A DNA stretch of 64,000 nucleotides, taken from assembly GCA_009841145.1 (NCBI GenBank), contig VXMJ01000040.1, positions 2,324 to 66,323 of the forward strand. Reading direction: 5' to 3'. The notes under the pieces are model-generated. The model worked only from the letters and a program-made list of their open reading frames with translations. It did no database searches and had not been told where the DNA came from. The stretch is from Caldilineaceae bacterium SB0661_bin_34 (GTDB lineage: Bacteria > Chloroflexota > Anaerolineae > Caldilineales > Caldilineaceae). Numbering within the stretch: position 1 is the first letter of the stretch; each line of letters starts with the position of its first letter. Below, piece by piece: positions 57,809 through 64,000 of this stretch. The position numbers and the translations under genes are program-made.

Positions 57809-57888
57809 ACCGGTTGACACCGCCGGTGAACCCGGTACCTGTCATGAGGGACCAGGCCGGGACGCGACCTCACTAAATTTCGCGCCCG

Positions 57889-59715
57889 TCAGGCATGCAC
57901 GAGGCGGGATCCGAAGAACGGATCCGCCGTGCGGCTCTTCTCGTCGCGGAACTGCCGGCGGTAGAGATCGTGGTAGTAGCCACCGGCCCGAATCAGTTCC
58001 TGGTGGCTGCCCATTTCGGCGATGCCGCCGTCCTTGATCACCAGGATCCGGTCCGCGTTACGAATCGTGGACAGGCGGTGGGCAATCACGAAGCTCGTGG
58101 TGGTCTCCAGCAGCTGCTCCATTCCCTGCTGAATGCGCGCCTCGGTCATGGTGTCCACTGAACTCGTGGCCTCGTCCATGATGAAGATGTCGGGGCGCGC
58201 CAGAATGGCCCGGGCCAGAGAAATCAACTGCTTCTGTCCCGCGGACAGCAGGGAACCACCCTCCCCCACATCGGTGGCATAGCCGTCCTCGAAGGCGTCA
58301 ATGAACTCCGTGGCGCCGGCCAGTTCCGCCGCGTACCATACTTCTGCATCGGTGGCATCCAATCGTCCGTACCGCAGATTGTCCATCACCGAACCCGAGA
58401 ACAGGTAGGGAGACTGCAGCACCATGCCGATGCGGGAATGAAGGGCGTGCAGGGTCATCCCGCGCAGATCCTGGTCGTTGATGCGGATGGCACCGCGTTG
58501 GGGTTCGTAGAACCGGCACAGCAGATTCACCACTGTGGACTTGCCGGCGCCGGTCGGCCCCACCAGGGCGATGGTCTCGCCTTCCTCCACCCTCAGGTTG
58601 AACCCCTGCAGAATGGGGTTGTCCGGCTCGTAGGCGAAGTCCACGGCATCGAACTCGATCGTGCCCCGCAGCGAATGTTCCTCCATGGCCCCCGGCTGAT
58701 CCTGGACCTCCGGCAGGGAGTCGATCAGGGAGAAGATCCGCTCCGCCGAGGCCACCGCCTGCTGCAACTGGGCATAGACGCGGGCCATTTCCTGAATGGG
58801 GAACAGCATCCAGAAGATGTACTGGATGAAGGCCTGAATGCCACCCAGGGTGATCATTCCGGTCTGGAACTGGAGACCGCCCACCTGGATGATCAGGGCC
58901 ACGGCTACCGCTGCCAGGACCTGCACCACCGGCAGGAAGGCGGCCGACATCCAAGCCGCCCGGAAACTGGAGCGGTACATGCCCGTGGCCAGTTCGGCGA
59001 ACTCCGCCAGGTTGGAGTCCTCGCGCCCCAGCGATTTCGTGACCCGGACCCCGTGGATGCCCTCCGCATAGTGGCCCGTGATGCGGGAGTTCAGCCGCCG
59101 CACATCGCGCCAGTTGCCGAGGATGTGCTTCTGAAACAGCAGGGCGGTGCCCACCATGAGCGGCACGACGGCCAGCATGACCAGGGCCAAGCGCCAGCTG
59201 ATGGCGGTCATGAAGCCCAGAAAGACCAGGATGGACATCGCTCCCCAGAACATGTCCATGAAGCCGAAGGACACCAGTTCGGACACCCGCCGCGAGTCGG
59301 ACGTGGCGCGGGCCATGATCCAGCCGACCGGCGTGCGGTCGTAGTAGGCGAGGGACAATTCCTGCAGGCGGCCGAACATGGTCTTGCGCAGGTCGTAGTT
59401 CATGGCCTGCCCCACGGACCCGGCGCAGAATATGAACAAGGCCACGCAGCCGGCAAGTGCCACGGCCACGGCCGCCCACAGCCACAGCAGGTACTTCACC
59501 TCTCCCAGGTCGCCGGCCAGGACCCCCTCGTCCAAAATGCGCTTGCCGAGGTAGATGTGCGCGCCCTCGGCCAGCACCATGCCGATCACACCCACCAGGT
59601 ATCCGGCCAGGTATCCGCGGTAGTTAAGCGTGAGCCGGAGCAGGCGCAGCAGCGCCGCTCCGCTGAGGGCGGAGCTGTACTCCTCTTCCTCGTACTGGTG
59701 GTTGTCGGGTGCCAT
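57889..59715 (-). CDS. ABC exporter half-transporter (TMD-NBD), subunit with a consensus Walker B and a deviant signature
   Basis: Walker A GPTGAGKST, signature LSAGQ (non-canonical), Walker B IFIMDEATS (catalytic E present), H-loop AHRL. Confidence 0.9.
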   Translation of the reverse strand: MAPDNHQYEEEEYSSALSGAALLRLLRLTLNYRGYLAGYLVGVIGMVLAEGAHIYLGKRILDEGVLAGDLGEVKYLLWLWAAVAVALAGCVALFIFCAGSVGQAMNYDLRKTMFGRLQELSLAYYDRTPVGWIMARATSDSRRVSELVSFGFMDMFWGAMSILVFLGFMTAISWRLALVMLAVVPLMVGTALLFQKHILGNWRDVRRLNSRITGHYAEGIHGVRVTKSLGREDSNLAEFAELATGMYRSSFRAAWMSAAFLPVVQVLAAVAVALIIQVGGLQFQTGMITLGGIQAFIQYIFWMLFPIQEMARVYAQLQQAVASAERIFSLIDSLPEVQDQPGAMEEHSLRGTIEFDAVDFAYEPDNPILQGFNLRVEEGETIALVGPTGAGKSTVVNLLCRFYEPQRGAIRINDQDLRGMTLHALHSRIGMVLQSPYLFSGSVMDNLRYGRLDATDAEVWYAAELAGATEFIDAFEDGYATDVGEGGSLLSAGQKQLISLARAILARPDIFIMDEATSSVDTMTEARIQQGMEQLLETTTSFVIAHRLSTIRNADRILVIKDGGIAEMGSHQELIRAGGYYHDLYRRQFRDEKSRTADPFFGSRLVHA

Positions 59716-59737
59716 GACGCTGTTCCGAACCGTTCAT

Positions 59738-61606
59738 TCAGGCGGGCTGCGCCTCGAGAGTGAACTGAATATCCGCCTGCAGTTCCGCCTCAATGCTGGT
59801 CTGCAGCCGGAACACATCGCGGTAGGTGCCGGCCTGTGCCACCAGTTCCTCATGGGTGCCGGTCTGCACGATGCGTCCCTGATCGAGGACCAGAATCCTG
59901 TCGGCGGATGCGATCGATGAAATGCGGTGCGCTATCACGAAGGTGGTGCGGTTGCGCATCAGGTTGCGCAGGGCTTCCCGAATCGCCTTCTCCGTCGAGG
60001 TGTCGACCGCACTGGTGGCGTCGTCCAGAATCAGGATGCGCGGATCCTTGAGGATGGTGCGGGCAATCGCCACCCGTTGGCGCTGGCCGCCGGACAGGGT
60101 AACCCCCTGCTCGCCCACCACGGTGTCGTAGCCCCTCGGCATGTCGAGAATGGATTCGTGAATGTTGGCGGCTTCGGCCGCGGCCACGATCTCCGCTTCG
60201 GACACCTTCCTGAACGTGCCGTAGGTGATGTTCTCCCGGATTGAGCGGCTGAACAGGAAGGGTTCCTGCTGGACCACCCCGATATGCCGCCGCAGTTGCC
60301 GCCGCGGGTATTCCGTCAGTTCCCGCCCGTCCAACAGGATGCGGCCGCCGGTATAGGCATAGAAGCGGGGCAGCAGGTTCATCATGGAAGTCTTGCCGGA
60401 ACCGGTAGGCCCCAGAATCGCGATCACCTGCCCCGGCTCGGCGTGGAAGGAAATGCCGTGCAGGACCCCGGGCAGTGTGGATTCCCCCGGCCGATCCTGC
60501 GTGCCTTCCGGATATATAAAGGAGACGTCTTCGAAACGGACGTCCCCGGCCAGTTCCTGCGGCATGTCAACGAGGCCGGCATCCAAGGGTTCCCGGTCCT
60601 CATTGATGATGGCCAACACCCGCTCGTAGGAGACCAGGGACTGGGTGATGAAAGCGAAGATGCGTCCCAGATGCCGCACCGGTCCCACCATCAGCCCCAG
60701 CAGCCCGGTAAACGCCACATAGGTTCCCGTCGAAATCTGGCCGTCGATCGCCATCCAGGCACCGAACAGTGTGGAACCGACCATCTGGCTGGCCAGGATG
60801 AGATCCATGCTGGGCCAGAAGACATTGTGGAACCGGACCACGTTGCGTCCCCGGTTCAGGAGAATGGCATTCTCCCGCTCGAACTTGGCGATTTCGTACT
60901 GTTCGCGGGCAAAGGCCCGCACCACCCTGGCCCCGTAGATGTTCTCCTGCAGAAGGGAGGAGAGGCGCGCCTCCTGATCCTGGAACAGGTCGTAGATGCG
61001 GGCCAGGTACGACCAGAAGCCGAAGGACACACCCACCGAGATGGGAATCACGATCGCGGACACCAGGGCCAGCCGGGGCGACAGCTGCCACATGGCGACG
61101 AAGGCCATGCTGGACATCGACACAATCCGGCTCAGCCCCATCAGGTGTTCGGCAAACAGCCGCCTGATCTCCTCCACATCGGAACTGGACCTCTGAATCA
61201 GGTCCCCGGTCTGCATGCGGTCGTGATAAGCGAACGGCAGGTGCTGTAGATGGTCGTAGAGGAACACCCGCAACCGACGGGTCACCCCTTCCGCCGTCTG
61301 CGCGGCCAGCCGGCCCCCCAGGAACGTCAACAAACCGGCCGCGGCCGCCAAGCCGAGAAAGTACAGTCCCATCAGGGGAATGCGGTCGTAATTTCCCGGC
61401 AGCAGGACATCGTCGGTGAAGGTCTTGATCACCCAGGCAAACGAGGACCGCGCCAAAGCGGCCACCGCCAGAAGCAGAAGCGCCACCAAGTACAGCGATC
61501 GGTACCCGTGGACAAACCGCCAGATGGAATGCACCCGGCTGCGCGCCCGGACTGCATGCAGATCCAAGTCCTGCCCGCGCAGGGCACCGGTCAGAAAGGC
61601 CATCAT
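59738..61606 (-). CDS. ABC exporter half-transporter (TMD-NBD), subunit with a degenerate Walker B
   Basis: Walker A GPTGSGKTS, canonical LSGGQ, Walker B ILILDDATS (D replaces the catalytic E). Start at MMAFLTG (61606). Its stop lies 22 nt upstream of the start of the partner gene (59715). Confidence 0.9.
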   Translation of the reverse strand: MMAFLTGALRGQDLDLHAVRARSRVHSIWRFVHGYRSLYLVALLLLAVAALARSSFAWVIKTFTDDVLLPGNYDRIPLMGLYFLGLAAAAGLLTFLGGRLAAQTAEGVTRRLRVFLYDHLQHLPFAYHDRMQTGDLIQRSSSDVEEIRRLFAEHLMGLSRIVSMSSMAFVAMWQLSPRLALVSAIVIPISVGVSFGFWSYLARIYDLFQDQEARLSSLLQENIYGARVVRAFAREQYEIAKFERENAILLNRGRNVVRFHNVFWPSMDLILASQMVGSTLFGAWMAIDGQISTGTYVAFTGLLGLMVGPVRHLGRIFAFITQSLVSYERVLAIINEDREPLDAGLVDMPQELAGDVRFEDVSFIYPEGTQDRPGESTLPGVLHGISFHAEPGQVIAILGPTGSGKTSMMNLLPRFYAYTGGRILLDGRELTEYPRRQLRRHIGVVQQEPFLFSRSIRENITYGTFRKVSEAEIVAAAEAANIHESILDMPRGYDTVVGEQGVTLSGGQRQRVAIARTILKDPRILILDDATSAVDTSTEKAIREALRNLMRNRTTFVIAHRISSIASADRILVLDQGRIVQTGTHEELVAQAGTYRDVFRLQTSIEAELQADIQFTLEAQPA

Positions 61607-61800
61607 GGCCGGGAGTGTAGACCCGATCGACCGGCAAGTGTGCAATCCGATGCATGGGAACGGCCACCGACCGGATGAACCAGTGCCGGCCGGTTGTAGA
61701 ATCGACCGCAGCCCCAAGGTGACCGGACTTGGCAAACGGTGTTTGGGGCTGGGTATGCCGGTCCCGAATCAGCCCTCCAACCCCAACGGAAACCACTCCC

Positions 61801-62784
61801 ATGAAGGCGATTGTTGTCCAGGAAGATCTGCCGGGTCGTCCCCTGGTGTGGCAGGACGTGCCGGACCCGGTCTGCGGACCTGACGATGTCCTGGTCAACG
61901 TGCACGCCACGGCCCTCAATCGGGCCGATCTGATGCAACGGGCGGGCGGCTATCCGGTGCCTCCCGGCGCCTCGCAAATCCTGGGGCTGGAAATGGCCGG
62001 CACAATCGCCGGCTGGGGCAGCCGCGTGTTGGGCTGGCAGAAGGGCAACCGCGTCCGGGCCCTGCTGACCGGAGGCGGCTATGCGGAACAGGTGGTCCTG
62101 CCGGCCCGCATGCTAATCGCGATGCCGGACAACAGGGACTTCATCTGGGGGGCCGCCCTGCCGGAGGCCGTGCTCACGGCCTACCTGAACCTGTTCATGG
62201 AGGCCGGCCTACAGGACGGTGAGACGGTCCTCATCCACGGAGGCGCCAGCGGAGTTGGCACCTACGGCATTCAGATGGCCCGTCTGGCCGGATGCCGGGT
62301 TTTGGTCACGGCCGGCAGCGAGGCCAAGCTGGCGGCGTGCCGCGAACTCGGTGCGGAACTGGCCGTCAACTACAAGGAGGAGGACTTCGTCGAACGGATC
62401 CGGAGCCATCTGGGCGGCGCGGAGGTGGATGTCGTCATGGACATGGTGGGAGGCCCCTACCTGGAACGGAACATGGAACTGTTGCGCACGTACGGCCGAC
62501 TGGTGATCATCTCCACACTCGGCGGTGCCGAGGCCTCCATCCACCTGGGACACCTGATGCGGCCGCGGTTGCGGCTAATCGGGTCCGTTCTGCGCCCGCG
62601 CTCGGTTGACGAGAAGGTGGCCATCATGAAGAGCTTCAAGCGCCGGTTCCTGGGCAACCTGCTGGACGGCAGCCTGAAACCAATCATCGATTCGGTCTAC
62701 CCGGTGGAGCGGGCGGAGGATGCCCAGGCCCACATGGCGGCCAACCGCAACATCGGCAAGGTCATGTTGCAGGTGAGGGATTGA
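61801..62784 (+). CDS. NAD(P)H:quinone oxidoreductase (MDR/zeta-crystallin family)
   Basis: MKAIVV...VLVNVHATALNRADLMQRAGGYP...GLEMAG...VLIHGGASGVG...GKVMLQV. Confidence 0.85.
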   Translation: MKAIVVQEDLPGRPLVWQDVPDPVCGPDDVLVNVHATALNRADLMQRAGGYPVPPGASQILGLEMAGTIAGWGSRVLGWQKGNRVRALLTGGGYAEQVVLPARMLIAMPDNRDFIWGAALPEAVLTAYLNLFMEAGLQDGETVLIHGGASGVGTYGIQMARLAGCRVLVTAGSEAKLAACRELGAELAVNYKEEDFVERIRSHLGGAEVDVVMDMVGGPYLERNMELLRTYGRLVIISTLGGAEASIHLGHLMRPRLRLIGSVLRPRSVDEKVAIMKSFKRRFLGNLLDGSLKPIIDSVYPVERAEDAQAHMAANRNIGKVMLQVRD

Positions 62785-62837
62785 AGCCGGCGCAGGCTGC
62801 CGCGCCCGCACTCCCTGCGGCCACCGCTGCGCCTCCA

Positions 62838-62912
<75 letters not shown>

Positions 62913-62990
62913 GCGCAGGCGCACGAATATAGCACAGGGATTCCGAATCCCGGCCGTGTTCGCCTTTGGCTCCGCTTCCGGAACCGTACC

Positions 62991-63785
62991 GTGACCCTGC
63001 GCTCCTACGTAACAGGCCGCCGCTGGCTCTGGACCCTGGTTGTCCTGGCACTGGCCGGCTTTCAGCTTTACCTTGGCCACTGGCAATGGGAGCGATACCA
63101 ACTCCGACTGTCCGAACAGGCTCAGCTGACCACTGCCCTGCGGCAGGACGTGATCGATTTGACCGCAACCTCCGAACTGCCCTCCGCAGACGCGGCCCTG
63201 CACTTCCGGCGGGCCAGGACGACGGGTACGTGGGACCTCGAACACCAGTTGGTGTGGGTGGGACCCATGGACCGCATGGAACCCGGTCCCCATCTGGTCA
63301 CTCCCTTGCTGCTTGGCGACAACGATGCCATCCTGGTCGACCGCGGCTGGATCAGCGCGGTCCACAACACCCCCGCCACTTGGCGCGCGCTGCCGCTGCC
63401 TGACGCGGACTCGCTGCACGGTCTGCTGGTGCCCGGCCGCGCGGTGCCCGATCCCGAAGTCCTGGAAACCCAGGAACGTCCTGTGCTCTTCTGGTCCAGC
63501 ATGGACCTGGAAGCCATGCAGGAACAGATACCGTGGAATCTCCGGCCGTACTACCTGCACCTGGAACCCACCGGGGAGGTTCCAAGTGCAGGGGACGGAC
63601 CCATCCCGACGATGTACCGCCTGCGGACCCAGCCGTCGATGCACCTGGGCTATGTGGTGCAATGGGTCATGTCCGCCCTGACGATCCTGCTCCTGTATAT
63701 ACTGATCATCCGTTTCCTAGACCGTCGAGCAGCCATGCGCGAGGTTGAACACACCGGCAGCGGGACAGCCGTCGCGGAGCTCTGA
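62991..63785 (+). CDS. SURF1-family cytochrome oxidase assembly protein
   Basis: N-terminal TM followed by LGHWQWERY, and a C-terminal HLGYVVQWVMSALTILLLY TM. This is the SURF1/Shy1 signature. Confidence 0.8.
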   Translation: MTLRSYVTGRRWLWTLVVLALAGFQLYLGHWQWERYQLRLSEQAQLTTALRQDVIDLTATSELPSADAALHFRRARTTGTWDLEHQLVWVGPMDRMEPGPHLVTPLLLGDNDAILVDRGWISAVHNTPATWRALPLPDADSLHGLLVPGRAVPDPEVLETQERPVLFWSSMDLEAMQEQIPWNLRPYYLHLEPTGEVPSAGDGPIPTMYRLRTQPSMHLGYVVQWVMSALTILLLYILIIRFLDRRAAMREVEHTGSGTAVAEL

Positions 63786-63827
63786 CTTCGTTCCTTCTTC
63801 CCTCGACAACACCCAACCGGTCCCGTC

Positions 63828-64000
63828 ATGGACAGCGGCACGCCCATCCTCATCCTGCTCCTGATCACCTCGGTCGGACTGGGTTTGATTCTGTTTCTGA
63901 TCAAGGCGACCGTGCCCCGCATTTTCAAGCGGGTCCTGGACCACTACGGGCACCGCCTGGAACTTGCGGAACTCATCATGAACACGCGTCGGGCGCCGGC
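63828..64000 (+). CDS. Hypothetical membrane protein (5-prime partial, runs off the right edge)
   Basis: The ATG at 63828 gives MDSGTPILILLLITSVGLGLILFLIKATVPRIF... The frame is open to the end of the window. It is not in the ORF track because no stop is reached. Confidence 0.3.
   Translation, partial: MDSGTPILILLLITSVGLGLILFLIKATVPRIFKRVLDHYGHRLELAELIMNTRRAP

Noticed and set aside
58298-61919. Several 395-441-aa alternative-frame ORFs over the ABC exporter genes
   Set aside because: They are frame or strand shadows of the two half-transporter genes. They are Gly/Arg/Pro-rich and lack TM or NBD features.

Overview
High-GC bacterial chromosomal segment. The gene content (Ni-SOD, many Tat-signal lipoprotein binding proteins, Uma2 nucleases) fits a Chloroflexota- or Actinobacteria-like genome, but that is inference only. 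I support about 50 intact CDS and one tRNA-Lys(UUU). I found no rRNA, no CRISPR array, and no intact transposase or integrase.

Most of the window is uptake and catabolic operons:
- a BMP-family nucleoside-type ABC importer (2.3-7.3 kb)
- two CUT1 sugar ABC importers (13.1-16.4 kb and 40.8-44.1 kb)
- a split Dpp-like peptide ABC cluster mixed with M24 peptidase, Rieske and amidohydrolase genes (28.7-36.7 kb)
- a cyclic-amidohydrolase/carbamoylase pair (18.4-21.1 kb)
- a GH2 / enolase-superfamily / MFS group (50.3-55.4 kb)
- a heterodimeric ABC exporter (57.9-61.6 kb)
- sodN-sodX, nadV, ribokinase, Fic and SURF1

Between these sit clearly accessory or decaying elements:
- three unrelated IS relics (IS630-like at the left edge, IS110-like at about 2.1-2.3 kb, IS4/IS5-like at about 44.25-44.54 kb)
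- two toxin-antitoxin modules with an intact antitoxin and a destroyed toxin (HigA/HigB relic at 24.0-24.5 kb; RHH/RelE relic at 36.9-37.4 kb)
- an A/T-richer islet (22.3-24.5 kb) with a PIN-domain gene coupled to an unrecognisable 83-aa partner
- a second A/T-richer islet (48.8-50.3 kb) with an orphan that looks like a uracil-DNA-glycosylase fold

The candidates I consider most worth follow-up:
- the tandem pair of unusually long Uma2-family (PD-(D/E)xK) proteins at 55.4-57.8 kb, whose second copy carries Gln at the predicted catalytic Glu
- the PIN + 83-aa cassette
- a leaderless (cytoplasmic) family-5 binding-protein paralogue inside the split peptide-ABC cluster
- a truncated HprK-like kinase N-domain fused to a Tat/lipoprotein-type leader, next to a PhyH dioxygenase and a methyltransferase

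All functional calls come from motif and family recognition by eye. No database search was run.
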